Made by a program: the position numbers and the translations under genes
Assembly (NCBI GenBank): GCA_965112155.1
Contig: OZ218105.1
From: Podarcis liolepis
Taxonomy: Eukaryota
Strand: one strand, 5' to 3'
Length of the DNA stretch: 64,000 bases
Part shown: piece after piece, positions 24,516 through 38,351 of the stretch
How the letters are laid out: every line of letters begins with the position of its first letter
How positions within the stretch are numbered: the first letter of the stretch is position 1
Notes under the pieces: model-generated
Databases searched by the model: none
What the model was told of the DNA's origin: nothing
Seen by the model: the letters and a program-made list of their open reading frames with translations, nothing else

Positions 24516-25630
24516 GCATTAAACATTAAAAACATCCCTATACAGGGCTGCCTTCAGATGCCTTCTAAAGGTTATATAGTTACTTATTTCCTTGGCTCAG
24601 GGGTTGTGTAACTTCATACGCTCCCAAATTTCTTTGATGAATACAGGGACATCCTAAGGACAAGTGGGACGTTCTGGTGTAGCAAAATTAACGTTTGAGG
24701 CTGATGTAAATCTCCCCATGGCGGAGAAAAATAATGGCTCAGTGGGATCACTCTCCAAAAGCTGACCCAAGCCCAAAAGGGTTGGGCCTGCTTTATATAC
24801 ATAGCTGTTATCTGTTAAAGCAATATGCATAAACTTCCTCCAATCTACAGTTACAACACAATACTAATTATACCATGTATGGTCTTTCCTTCATTATCTA
24901 TTCATTAGGCAAGGAAATAAAGGACTCTCTTGTCAAATGTAGACACTTAGGAATGTTGTTTACAACATTGGGACTAAAGCTGCTCCTAGCACAAGATAAG
25001 GCACAAGGCCTCTAGCTTGGCTAGTTAGCTGTGCTTATAGGTCTTTATGGGCATCACTGGGATCAAATCAGAAACTGAGATGGCTTCAGTAAATCCAGGA
25101 CTTTCCCTGGAAAATAGGGACACTTGCATAATCTGCCCAACAGTTTCTGTCTTTAGTTGCTTTTCTTCCACCATTCAGTGTATCCAGAGGCAGCCATCTT
25201 AGAGGCCACATCATTCTAGGACATTCATTCAGCTCTTTTCTTACATGAACACACTCAGAAATATTCATGCAGGTTGGCAGATTGGTATAATTCAGAGAGG
25301 GAAGGAGGCAGGCAGGTGAAAATGACACTAGGGCCTACTTCCGCTAACTGCCCTGTGAGGAAAATTTTCAAGAGAGCAAGAGATAGGCAGGCAAAATTCT
25401 CCTCAGAGCATGCTGCAGGTGATCCGTTGCCTCCCCTCATAGGGTCATTGATCATTGTCCTATGGGGACGAGTCCAGGAGAGACAGGAAACTATAATCTC
25501 AGGGTCTCCTCCTGCTAGACTCTCTCCTCTGCCCCCTACCCTGTGGGAAGGTGTGGGCCAGAGGCAGTTAAAATGGCTGCTGTCTCGTCAGCAGCCCAAC
25601 AAGCAATCAGTCAGAACAGGTTGTTGCTGA

Positions 25631-26238
25631 AGATACCTTCTACCACATGTGGTGGACTTGTAAAGAGGTAAAGGCTTTCTGGGAAATGGTATATAATAAG
25701 CAAAAGAAAATGTTTAAAAATACTTTTGTTAAAAAACCAGAAGCCTTTTTACTGGGTATAGTGGGTGAAGGGAAGATAAAAGACTGTTTATGTATGCAAC
25801 AACTGCGGCAAGAATTCTTTTAGCCCCCAAATGGAAACAACAAGCAGATGAAGATGATGGACTTTGCAGAACTGGCAAAGCTGACAGGAGAAACCCGAAA
25901 CCCGCATGATCAAGTATTCCAAAAGGACTGGAGTAAATTTATACAATATCTGAAAGATTATTGTAAGCAGTTAACATTACTAGCAGGGTTGTCTGAAGAC
26001 TTGTAATGAGAAATTTTCTATCTTCCTATTTTTATTTAAATTTTGAGCTATTTTGTAATGAGTGCAATTAGAATTGGAAAACGTACAAAATGCAATGATA
26101 CAAAGGTTAATTTTGAAAGCCATGAGGCAGGAGGGAAGGAAGTCGATAGGCTCTAAAGAGGCAAAGCCGTAAAGTGGATAATGATGTGAATTGTATAATA
26201 TTAAATGGAAAATAAATAAAAATTGTGTGCGTGTGTGT
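25631..26238 (+). mobile_element. Degraded L1 3' fragment related to the 11044 copy
   Basis: DTFYHMWWTCKEVKAFWEMVYN...KKPEAFLLGIVG with deletions; 15-bp TSD acaggttg(t/c)tgctga (25616-25630, 26239-26253). Confidence 0.85.
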
Positions 26239-26702
26239 ACAGGTTGCTGCTGAGTAAGGGCAGGGTTAAGAAGCAGAAACCCTCCAGTGTGAGACTTTAT
26301 TTATAAGTCCAAGGGAAAGGCATGAAAGAGCTTTTTCTTAAAAGAATTGATGCAGGGAGCAGCAAGTAATATGTGAGGTGGTTGTGGGGTGTGAAACTAA
26401 GGAAATCTGCTATAATCCTTAAACCATGATGTGCCAAACGCATGCCACATGGCTTAGTGGAATATAATTGTTTTAGAAAACCCCTTTACACTACTAGTGA
26501 TTAGGGAAAAGTGGGTTTTAAGCTCTAAGTAAACTGAGATGTCGCCTGGACAGTGAAAATGCCATGTGGTTCATACCGGTGAAATGCTGGAATGGCTAGC
26601 GTACAAGACAAACTTTGACACGGTGTGGATAAGCCCTGACTCCAGAAGGTGGAGATTGTTATGAGTGTGAGGTGTTTGCTGTCCCCTCAGGATGAGCTAG
26701 TT

Positions 26703-27066
26703 GGGACGCAGGTGGCGCTGTGGGTAAAACCTCAGCGCCTAGGGCTTGCCGATCGCATGGTCGGCGGTTCAAATCCCCGCGGCGGGGTGAGCTCCCATCT
26801 TTCGGTCCCAGCTCCTGCCCACATAGCAGTTCGAAAGCACCTCAAAGTGCAAGTAGATAAATAGGGACCGCTTTCTAGCGGGAAGGTAAACGGCGTTTCC
26901 GTGTGCTGCACTGGTGCTGGCTCGCCAGAGCAGCTTCGTCACGCTGGCCACGTGACCCGGAAGTGTCTCTGGACAGCGCTGGCCCCCGGCCTCTTAAGTG
27001 AGATAGGCGCACAACCCTAGAGTCGGACACGACTGGCCCGTACGGGCAGGGGTACCTTTACCTTTA
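26703..27066 (+). mobile_element. Sauria SINE (Squam1), full length
   Basis: GGGACGCAGGTGGCGCTGTGG head, B box GGTTCAAATCC and (ACCTTT)n tail; flanking caggatga duplication. Confidence 0.9.
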
Positions 27067-27501
27067 CAGGATGACTTCTCTGGACTGACAAAGAAACACA
27101 GTCAGCTGCTGCAAGAAGCAAGGACAGCTGTATGAACTCTGAGGGAATGGAGACCCTGTTCCTGTGACAGAAGAGTCCAAATGAACCGTTATAATTTGAA
27201 ACTGTTAATGATTTTATTAATGCCTCTTCACATTACTTTCAAACTGTCTTTGAAGCATCTGTATCCTGACAAGCAGGATATAAATAACTGTAAATGAATA
27301 AATAGTCACTATAATAGTCCAGACACATTAAGAAAGAAGAAAAATCAGACCATTTGATCTTATCCAATCAGTCCCTGTCATATTGTGCCTTTACTTTACA
27401 GATTGGAAATTGAAGTTAATAAAAATATTGTTGCAGAAAAGCAAGGGTTTTTTTTAGTAAAGGTATATTAAAGCACCCATTCACCATCCCTTTTACAGAT
27501 G

Positions 27502-27505
<4 letters not shown>

Positions 27506-27552
<47 letters not shown>
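27506..27552. repeat. (TG)n microsatellite
   Basis: Pure dinucleotide run. Others occur near 3972, 43552, 44444 and 52681. Confidence 0.95.
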
Positions 27553-27555
<3 letters not shown>

Positions 27556-28280
27556 GAGACATTTTTGTGTGTGGACTTTTTCCAACACTTCCTCTTTAGC
27601 CAAGCAGGTCAAGTGGACAATGGATATAAGAATTGCTACTAACCAAAAACATACCTGTAATGGTTCTAGGAGTTGCTCGTGCGTAAATTGGCACTACCAC
27701 TGGCTGGGTTACTTGGGTGAACTCTCACTGTCCGGACAGCCATTCACCCGTGGCTGTCTCAATCGCTGGCAGAATCCGTCAGTGGGCGTTTCTTGAACTT
27801 CTTCCAGCATAAAAGTTCTTTGATGCCTAGTCACCGCCTACTTTCCCTGCACGGAAGGGAGGGTGTGGGCAGCGGAGGGCCAGTGCTCTCCCAGCTGGTC
27901 TCCGGCGAAGAGTCATGGAGCCACCTCGCCGATTCCCCCATCTGCCCCCCTTCTCCACTTGTGCTACGCTGATTTCCTTCCCCATAAGGTGGGCTGCTTC
28001 TCTCCCTCCCGGGACGCTCTCCGGAATCCCTCTGGACTCCTCCCTCTCCCTCTGGCTCCGATGGCAGTTCCCTGACAATACCAAAATATTGAAGTAAAAC
28101 CTGTGGTGGTTCTGCCATTTTGCCATAGTGCACTCTTGCTGTTCATAATATGGCCTTGCAAGCTTTGGCTTGTGCCAGCTTTAGGACAGTGACTGAGAGA
28201 TGGGGGTTTCAAGCAATGTTGTTCTCTGTGGATAGGGCAACAAGTGATGTGAGTTTTCGATCAGCTGTGATAAATCACAA

Positions 28281-28770
28281 GAGAGCCAGTATGGCGTAGT
28301 GGTTGCTGCGTCAGACCGGGACCTGAGAGGCTACGATTCAAATTCCCACTTAGCCATGAACCTCACTAGGTGACCTTGGGCCTGCTGGGATCTCTCAGCC
28401 TAACCTACATCACAGGGTCGCTATGAGGATAAAATGGAGAGAGGGGAAAACCACATATGCCACTGTGGTGTAGCGTAGAGCCAGTGTGGTGTAGTGGTTA
28501 AGAGCAGTAGGTTCGTAATCTGGTGAACCGGGTTCGTGTCTCCGCTCCTCCACATGCAGCTGCTGGGTGACCTTGGGCTAGTCACATTTCTTTGAAGTCT
28601 CTCAGCCCCACTCACCTCACAGAGTGTTTGTTGTGGGGGAGGAAGGGAAAGGAGATGGTTAGCCGCTTTGAGACTCCTTAGGGTAGTGATAAAGCGGGAT
28701 ATCAAATCCAAACTCCTCTTCTTCTTCGAGCTCCTTGGAGGAAAGGCAGGATATGAATGTATTAAATATA
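28281..28770 (+). mobile_element. Old Squam3-like SINE interrupted by a young Squam3 (28477-28727)
   Basis: Old head GAGAGCCAGTATGGCGTAGTGG; its 3' part (gagctccttggaggaaaggcaggatat) resumes after the (CTT)n tail of the young copy. Confidence 0.8.
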
Positions 28771-29444
28771 TTTTCGGGAGCTTCAGCTTTGAGACGTTTT
28801 GTGCACCACTGGCAACTGTGTCTGGAAGTGTCAGGAGAATTCATTTTGCTACCCAGACGTTTGAGAAGACATTGCTCATTTGAGTGTCATGGCATCCATC
28901 TGTGTCGGAAGACAATGGTGGAGTCTGCCTTTGGAGTGAGGTCAAGGGCGTATTATGGGACCCGTTGGGCCTGTTATATTGCTAGGTTTTGCAAACAAGC
29001 CACAAAACCTGGCAGCTCTGCAAAACTGACCACCATTTTTTTTTGGGGGGGGCGACCAAATGTGCTCCTTGGCCGGGGCATTATTTATTTTAAGGCCAAC
29101 CCTTTCAGAAGTTCTCAGATGCACCTGCAGACTCTCATCTGAGATCCGCTCCACAGATTTAAAGCACAGTCAGCACACATTTAAAGCAGATGACTTTCCC
29201 CCAGATATCCTGGGAATTGTCGCTCTGTGAAGGTAAAACTGCATTTCCCTGGATTCTTTGGGGAAGTCATGTCCTCTAAATAAATGTTGTGGATCTGCTC
29301 CAATGCAGAAATCTACTGTTATGTTGTGGCTCCGACACAGGATGGCAGTCTCTCCACAAACTTTGCATGACTGGTACAGAAAGCAGAATTTCTCTGTGGG
29401 TGTAGTTTTAAAATAAATAGATACAAATTAATAAGTGCATAAAA

Positions 29445-29591
29445 TAGGGTTGCCAGGATACCCCAAAATGCAAAAAAATCTCAGTTTTTTAATTGACTTG
29501 CCTAAGATCCAGGACAAAGCGCTGCCTTTTGGAAATTCCACATTTGAAATCCCGGTGATGTCTGGGAAAATCCGGACGTATGGCAGCCCTA
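29445..29591. mobile_element. hAT (Blackjack-like) MITE
   Basis: TAGGGTTGCCA...TGGCAGCCCTA; 8-bp TSD gcataaaa/gcataaca. Confidence 0.85.
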
Positions 29592-32414
29592 GCATAACAC
29601 AATATCTTGCTCTTGTTCTTTGGTTTGGAGCAAGAAAAAGTTGGAACATTTTTTTTAATGAAAATATCTCAGAGCTGCATATGAACAGTATTGTAGTCCT
29701 TTGTGAGTCTTACCATACTTCACTTCCCACGGAGGGGTGTGTGTGTGTTTATTCTCTCAGAGGGGCCCATAGTACTGTATGGCAGGGTAGAAATCATTAA
29801 ATAGATACAAATAAAGCAAAGATGTGTTACACTGTTCTTTTTCTAATATACTTGCTTTTTGAAGCAGCCTGCAAACACTTTTCAGATCTTTTCAAATCAC
29901 TGAGTTTTGTGCACTTGCTTTTGGTTTACAAGAAAGTCCCCCCAAAAACCAACCATCCTAATACTGGGTGGTATTCGCTTCATTGTTTATTTAAATAATA
30001 TATAAGCCATCCATCTTTCAAAAAATGATAGTGGCGGTATTTAAAAACAAAAACTACAAATAAAAACAAAGCAGATAGTTAAAACAGTAGAAGGACATTA
30101 CACCTGTCTGTAAAAACCACAAGTAGTCAGTCTGCCTACCAAAATTTGGGTATTTTGTTTGCATGATGTAGGCATATCAGTCAGGATGCTGAAATAGACT
30201 AAAGCACTTTTATATTGCGCAGAAAAGAGACAGGAAGCATTATGAACCCTGTAGTGCAGACAGGGGCTGCATCTGAGACACTTGTCTAAGGTCACCTAGT
30301 GAGGTAGCACTTGAAGGATTTTTTCCACAGGTATTACTTATTCAGGGATAGTCATGTAAATAAGCGCTGAGTAGCATGAGCCAATTTCTGGTTCTTGCTC
30401 AACGTCCTTCCAAGAAAATCCATGTGGATTTTAAAACTTTGACAAAGATTTACAACTTCTGCATATTATATATTTCTTCATAGGAATCATTAAAAAATGT
30501 TCCAGTGGAGGAAATCTTCCCACCTTTATTATAAACAGTGAGTAACACACATGCGTAATACAATCATTCATTGCGCATAATAAATATTGGACAACAAATT
30601 TGTAGAATAATTTCATCTGTGAACTCAGCTGGTGAATTTACAAGTTCAAGAAGAGCTTCGGAGCTGATCTTTCCTTTGCATGTTCATCCACACATATTAG
30701 TCTACCACACATATTAGTCACAAAAACAGCAGAGCAGGATTTCGAGAGCTACTTTGTGCCTGCTGACAAATATGATTCTAATCCTGCTCCTCAAAGACTA
30801 CATATAGTAGGAAAACAATAGCATAGCCTTCCTTCCTATCCTTTCCTTGCTCTGATTTTTGCAATAAGAAAGGTAATTGTGCTAGTGGATACAATTTTGT
30901 ACTTGGAGCAAGGAGATTTGAGCTTATATTTCTGCTCTGCCATGAAGTTCTTAGGGTCGTTTTGAGGTGAAAATCAGATAACAGTTATGTGCCAAATCTC
31001 TTTGGAGGAAGCTCAGAATACAAATATAATAACTATATAAACAGTCACTTACTTGCACACTAATAATTAGTGAAAGTTGAAGCCATCAACTTTCCTTAAT
31101 GGTCAGGAAAGCATTAAAATGACAAAGTGTGAGAAAAGTATTATTTACCATTCACTCATTAGTTATTACCACTGTCTGCAATTCACCGTTTTTCCAAATG
31201 TTTTGCCAGATATATTTTGTAAACCATCAAAAATTACAGGGTCCTCTACCCCTTCTTTCCCCCATACTGGAAATATAACATGAGATCATATTGGTATCAC
31301 ATTGTTTGGGTTCTGGTGGTTGCAGTATTCTGTGGGGCAAAGTCCTTAGAGTGAACATGGTTCACTTTTTATGCGCAGTGCAAAAGTCAAGATTTAATTG
31401 ACGAATTGACAGGATTTATATACCACTCAATTGACAAAAACCTCAGCTAAGTGGCTTACATAAAACCATAGAAAATGTTCATTAAAAAATATAGATACAC
31501 TCAAATTTTAAAAACAAGTAGATGTAAAATTTATAAAGCTAGCAGTTTTAAAATGAATATCTCACTCTATCAAAAGAGTTTATGAAACATTTCCTGGCTG
31601 AAGTTATCAGCCAGTTATAAGCTTCTCTGGCTTTTATTTTGCTCAGCAGTCCTCAGTTTCATCCGCAAAGCCCTGGTGGATTACAGAAGCAGAGAAGGGT
31701 GAACAATTGGTTGAATGACACTTAAATGATTGTTAAATGAAGCAGATTTTTCTAGCTGATAACATTTATTTCTCATTAGTATCTCCCACATTGATGTTGT
31801 CCTACAAGGTAGAGGTTGGTGCATGAACTGCACATATGCATAGGGTGGAATCCAGTGTTATGTGACCAGGCAACCAACTCTGTTTTCCTCTATTTCTCCC
31901 CGCTGCCCCCCGCAGCCCACCTCACATCAAATGAGATTTTGAGGGTTCCCAGAGGTCTGCAGCCGGGAGCTGGAGTCCCTTTGTGTGTGTGGAAATCCTT
32001 TCCACTTGCTCTTGAACAACTTTGGATACAATCCAATGTTCTTTTTTAAATGCTCTTGTGACCACAGAATATTATAAAAGCATTTCAAAATAACACTTTG
32101 GTTTTCATTCAACATTGTCCATGAATGGAATGGAGTCTTGCATACCTCAAATACTATATCCTGAAGGCCTTTCAAATCAGGATGGGGTGGGTTGGGGTTG
32201 TGTGTGTGTGTGCATTAAGAGCACATGGATTTTGATACAGCCTGCACATCTTTCCTCGTGGTATGCTGGTGAATATTGCATCAGTGCTCTAAGTATTGTG
32301 CCAGGTTTGCTATGCTTTGGCCTTGGGCAAATGCAATACTACTCCCAGATGATGTAGTCACTGCCAAGGTTAGTACAGTGAAGAAATAGGGACAAGGGGA
32401 AATAGAGAGCAGGA

Positions 32415-33270
32415 TCAGAATCAGAATAATATTTATTTACACCAGGCACTAGCCATAGCAATAAAATAAAATACAATGTACTGAAGCTAGAGCTAAAAAC
32501 TTAACTATACAAAATACATTCTGGAGGTTTACATCAAGAATCAAATAATAGATCTTATTCTAATTGCCCCTGCTAAAAGGTTTGCAGTTTTTGCTGTCAC
32601 CTGATTACAGTATCTTGATCTGCTAGAAGAAAGGACACAGTAGCAATGGTTGAGCAACCTAGTATTAATAGTAGTAGAGGGGTGATAACCTCACTCCTCA
32701 AATCTTTAAAACAGTACAAACTAGAAGCACACTGCCAGTACTGCCATCTCCACATGGACATAAGCGTTTTTTTCTAGCGGAATTTTTTGAAATCGACCCT
32801 CAAGTGTAGCTTAAGGCAGTATATTTAATCTTGCGAAAGTGAAACCACGTCTGTATTTTGGAATTGTTAAATTTTGCAAATAGGGTGCCAACGTATCAAA
32901 ATGGCTAGAGGGAAAATAATCATACTATGGGCAAAATTTTCTTATTGTTGCCAAATTATTCTGTCGCTTCATATCATATAGGCGCTGTGTAATTAAATTA
33001 TTTGCTTTACTGAAGCCTAGTGTTAATAATGGTTGTGGTGATAAACCAGTGGTGATAAAATTTTGGTTGACAATTTTAGTCCAAGCGCTCTCATGACAGT
33101 CTTGCAATACTAAGGGTAGTAGACCGGTGGGGTTTGAATTTAGCCAAAGCCAATAATGAAATGTCCTACACCAAATCTGTAATTCAACAGAGGGGAGATT
33201 AGCCTCCAAGCGCAATGAAGCATTGGGAACACAGGATGGAACAGACAAAAAAATTGCCTTAGGAACTTAG
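32415..33270 (-). mobile_element. Degraded non-LTR retrotransposon 3' end (RTE-X/L2-like)
   Basis: Minus-strand peptides VPNASLRLE, YRRGFTFARLNILP*ATLEGRFQKIP and LCPCGDG; (ATTCTG)n-type tail. Confidence 0.7.
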
Positions 33271-33493
33271 ACTGAACAGCTTCTGTAGATCCAAGGTGAG
33301 CACCAGTCCAAATCTGAAGCCCGTATAATAACTGTGCTAGGAGTTTTGAATGGAAAAAGCTTGTTAGGGGGAGAAAAGGGACAATCCAGGATCAAATCAG
33401 AAGCCAGGATGGCTTTTGTAATTCCGGTTCTGTCCCTGGAAAATCGGGACTCTTGGAGGGTATGTAAATCTTGCATAGGGAAGTTGTATCTCC

Positions 33494-33640
33494 CAGTGCT
33501 GTTTTTGTTTTGTTTTTAGAAAAAGAGGTGTCGGAACTCACCATGAACACTTCCATTGTTGTCTTATAATGGCAATGGCACCCACCTGAGAGGTGCCTGA
33601 AGTGAGTTCTGGCGGGTTCCGGCTGGGGAAAAAACCTCTA
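33494..33640. mobile_element. Degraded hAT-like MITE
   Basis: cagtgctgttttt...aaaaaacctcta termini with a repeated gaggtg(t/c)c motif. Confidence 0.5.
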
Positions 33641-36600
33641 CACTGGTAAAATCAACTATCTTTGCAGTATTTCGGCTCAAATCCATGCACATTTTGCAGA
33701 GTAGGGCAGAAGCCTAGTTGCTTGTTTTCTGACAAGCTCCACACACATTTTGCATTGCAACACAACAGTTTTTGCACATAATTGTCTTTGATGACAAATG
33801 CAACAGCAGAATCAGCCCCGTCTGCATTTCTCATTTTTGTTGCTGCCTGAAGATTGGCCAGACCCCGTTCACTTTTCACTCTGTTGCCTCTTAAGAAATC
33901 TGTGAGAAGCAACAACAGTCTCATTAGAGATGCCCATATTTGGAGTAGGCAGAACTGTGGCTCCCATTTCCTTTATGTTTTCACAGTTGTCGAAAGCATC
34001 TAAAAGAGAAAATTTTAAAATAAGGAGCTCAGAGATCCCCAAAGGCAATGATAAGTCATTTTGGGGAGACAATAATCCTAGCCTAAAAAGCTGAGAACTG
34101 TTAGCTGTTGGGGTTTGTCCAAGCATTTAAGGCTGTAATATAATGAATGCCATGGGGTCTGCTTCCAAGTAGGCATGTATAGAATTGCACTGTTGTTTGG
34201 TGCAATGCGAGTACCTTCTAGCAATGGGCAGATCCATCTATTTCCATCACTTGTCAGTATTGCATGTGCTAAATCACATACATGCTCCAGTCTGTTGTTG
34301 GGTGTGTGTGTTTTTGCTGTGCAAAAATAGGGGGAAATGCATTTAAATTGTATGTATTTTGTACACACTCTTTCCTTAAAATATTCCTTCCTGTATGCAT
34401 TTAGCCATGAAAGAAAACACATCATTCCTGCATTGCTGTGCACTGTTCTGCACAGCTGATTTGTTATTCTGGTTCTGGTTATTTTGTGGGTTGTTTTTAA
34501 TTTTTTATGATTTTAATTGTGCATTGTGCTTAATTGAACTCTTCTATTTTTGTAGCCCACCCTGGTACCATTTGGTGAAGGGTGGCCTGTATTATAATAA
34601 AATAATAAAGAAAAGACACATCATTGTATGCATTTTAAAACAAATGCTGCATTGCAAAAACAAAAAACCACATACGCACCCAGAGATAGTAGCATTCTAA
34701 TCCACACACATATATGTTGAGGACCAGCTAATAAGATTGCATTTGGAGCAAATTTCTCCTCTACCTCGTGTCTTCCTCCTTATAACTTGTGCTTTATGGT
34801 AGCTCCTAGCCAGGAATCAGGAAGAACAATAATACAAATTGTCTGCTGCTCTGTGGAACCCTTCCTCCTCACTTGGCACAAGAAGGGGTTGGATTGCAGA
34901 CTGAAGCACTAGTCTGGTCACAGGTCATACATAACATTGTGGGGCTGGTGCAGCCTTCTTACAGCAGAATTGCTTTTCTGCAGGGGAATGCCTGTTTGCC
35001 ACTTACAAAAAGAACGGGAAGTTCTTTATTGGGTGAGACTTGGCTGGGATGGATAGGGAGTTATCCTTACACTTATTCACCTGTTTATTTGGATTTTTAC
35101 ATTTATTTATTTGCCTTTTTAAAAGGCTATCACAGACGAATGCCTTCTGTAACTCTTGTCATACTGGTTTAGGGTAAAGGGTATTGGAGTTTAACATCAT
35201 CTGAAGGGCACAATGTTTACTTCCCCGCCATATGGGAATCCGGACATATGTGGTCATTCTTAAAAGACTCTTCAACGCATTGGAATTCTTCTTCCTCTGT
35301 AAGTGGTTATATACGCAATTAGCCATTAAATAAAGGAATATACTCCCCAACCCCAACATTTGGTCTCTGTTTTCATACTTTGTGAGTATTTGATTTAATG
35401 AATTTCTGTATTTTGGGGGGGGGTGTTTGAAGAGATGTGGATATATGCTTTAGGTATGTTTTTATTATAGAGGAGACACACCTCTGTGAAATATTTTTTG
35501 TTTGTGTGTGTAAACTAATTATTCAGAAATATTACAAACTGAATCTTTAAATAGAGTTTTAAACACAATTACAGCTACCCCCCCCAACCCTTTACAGCCA
35601 CTACCAAGGTTGCGCAGCCATAGTGGAAGAGAAGAAGCCTCTCTTGCTGTTAATAGTGTCTAAGTAGAACCAGTAGGTGCCTATGACGGCCGTACAACAA
35701 CAACAACACACAGCAGCAGACTCAATAACAGTGGCTGGGAGAACTGCCTTTGAAAAGTGCCACCACCATGCAGTTTGACAGCTGGGTTCTCAGAGATATA
35801 AGCACAACGTGGAGGGGAGATATCAATTTACCTGGCAGGAAAAAAACAAAACACGTTTAAAGTGTGTGGCCACCTTCCCCCACAAAACACTCAAGCTTTT
35901 GTGTTGTGTTATCTTTATATCTTACTAGCAGCCTCAGGCATGTTATGAAACACACACAAAAATAGCATAGTTTTGGAATCAGTGAATAAAATAAGTGTTG
36001 TTCAGCCCACCATCTTGATTCAAAATTATATCCAGATATAGACGAAAAACTTGTTCCTTGATCTCAGGAACCATCATGCCAAATTGGGTTACGGTTTATT
36101 AAGAGGTGTCCAAATACATAGCCAACAGGCTAACGGCTTTCCAAACTAATGATGCTGAAGTATTGATCACAGAGGTCTAGTTCTTAAAGAGAAGAGAGGA
36201 TCATAGCACACATTTTCTTTTTGTTGCTGTTGCATGTGACTATTTCTCTAAATTCTTAGTTTTTATCTGGGTACATACAGTGTGCAATCCCTTCTTTATT
36301 ACTGTGCCTGGACCAGAAGGAAAGAGAAGAAGAAACCACAATCTAAGCCACATGTGTATTCCAATGCTAGCATCAGAGCCTTACGGCGCAGGTACGAGTG
36401 AGTTGCAGCAGCAGAAAGGTATCTCTCCTACCTCCGTGTGACATGGTAACAATATCTTCAGGCACCGTATTTAATAAACAGATAACAAAGTGTCTGTCAA
36501 CCTCCTCAGCATTTTAGAGGTTGCTTCTATAGAGAGGTTTATAGACTTATTTCCCATCAACCAGCAGCCCTGACGGCATTAATTCCTCCCATTGAAACAA

Positions 36601-38163
36601 ATGAGTCTGGATGGATCTGACTGCATGGCTTTCAAGGGAATTCATTCTGTATCTTTCATGTTTGCGATATCTGTGAGAAACAGGAAACTGTTTTCCTATC
36701 TCATTCACATAATAGATAAGATGAGAAATTAGCTGCTGGATGAGCATCCTGGGGGCTGTTCGTTTTGTCACAATAAATAAGGTTTGGCTGATGCTGAAGC
36801 TGTGTGTGCGTGTGTGTGTACACAGCCTGCTACACACCCACCCACCCACCCACCCACAGACACAGAGAGAGTTTTGCCACAAATATAGCTCAGCTTTCTC
36901 ATTGCCAAGTTTTGTTTCTAGGTTTTGCATGTCTTATATGAAAGGGGTGTTTTTGCTACACAGAATGATCTGTTTCCATCACAATTATTCCAGGATAGTG
37001 AAGCCAATGTCATAGTCTGAGCTGGAGACTGCGGCAAAGTTCTGCTTCTCCATCTTCAGAGGAGGTCTCATCAGGTCTCGGGTCTCCAGTGTGGACACAG
37101 GTAGGTCCTGGAATATGGCAATCAGAATGCACTGCTGGTGGCAGTGCCAGGTTGGAACCCCATGGGAACAGTCTACTGGTGCAATTATGGGCACGAGTGT
37201 GTGCTAAGGAGAGAAAGGGAGGGTGAGATTAGGAATTGACATAGCTAAGAGCCAACCTGTACTCTGGAGAGGTCTATGATAGCTATGCTGTGCCTCCACT
37301 GTCAGAAGCCACATGCCTCCAAATACTAGTCACTAGGAGTCACATGTGAAAAGAGTGCCTCTGCATTCAAGCCCTCACAGGTTTCCCAAAAGTATCTGGT
37401 TGGACAATGTGAGATGAAAATGTTAGACTGGTTCGGATGGACTCATCCTAAGTTCTTATGAGGGATGGGACTCTGAATAAACTTTTACCAAGTCATGGGC
37501 CAGTTTTACTGGATGATGCCAGGGAGACGTAGGGTGGTAGCTGATTGAACATTACCAAGTTGGGCCCATTCATTAGGTCTACTCTGATTAAAATGCGAGT
37601 TGAATTTCACCCACATGTCATAGATGCAGGTCGGCGTTATCATTGAGGCCTTGTAACTTCTAGTTATTGGTTACTTCCACAGCACTCAGCATCTTCTCTG
37701 TAGTTGTGTTGTGAAACGCCTTTCACTTCCCCCTTCATTTTGTCACCTTGCAATAGTCTTCTCCCCAAATCTGTGAAAATGAACATGGAGAAAACAAGCA
37801 AGGAGATGCATTGTTCTTTCCTTGAAGCTGCAGTTCAATGTCTCTGGCTGTTTGTGTGGTGTGACTGGGGTGCCAGTTCTATGGAAGATACCTTCTCTCA
37901 CCTTCAGCAGGGTCTTTGGAAGATGAGAGCGAGAAAACCTGTCCATGGGTGTGCAGCTGGGAAGCCAACGGATGAAGGGATAGTCAAAGCAGGTTGAGGA
38001 TGGGGGGTTTTTTTGTTTAATGTTTAGAAAACTAAAGAAAAGGAAATCAATTATGAGTCTTACCTGAATTTTATTTCCTCACCCAAAACCAAATTACTCA
38101 GCAAACTTATCGCTTGCTATTGCAGGCCTTGGTATTAAAGAAAACAATCAGGCCAGCAGGATT

Positions 38164-38351
38164 NNNNNNNNNNNNNNNNNNNNNNNNNNNNNNNNNNNNN
38201 NNNNNNNNNNNNNNNNNNNNNNNNNNNNNNNNNNNNNNNNNNNNNNNNNNNNNNNNNNNNNNNNNNNNNNNNNNNNNNNNNNNNNNNNNNNNNNNNNNNN
38301 NNNNNNNNNNNNNNNNNNNNNNNNNNNNNNNNNNNNNNNNNNNNNNNNNNN
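38164..38351. other. Assembly gap (188 N)
   Basis: Run of N. Confidence 1.

Noticed and set aside
35828-35839. U1 snRNA 5' end (TTACCTGGCAGG)
   Set aside because: Only 12 nt match and no U1 body follows.
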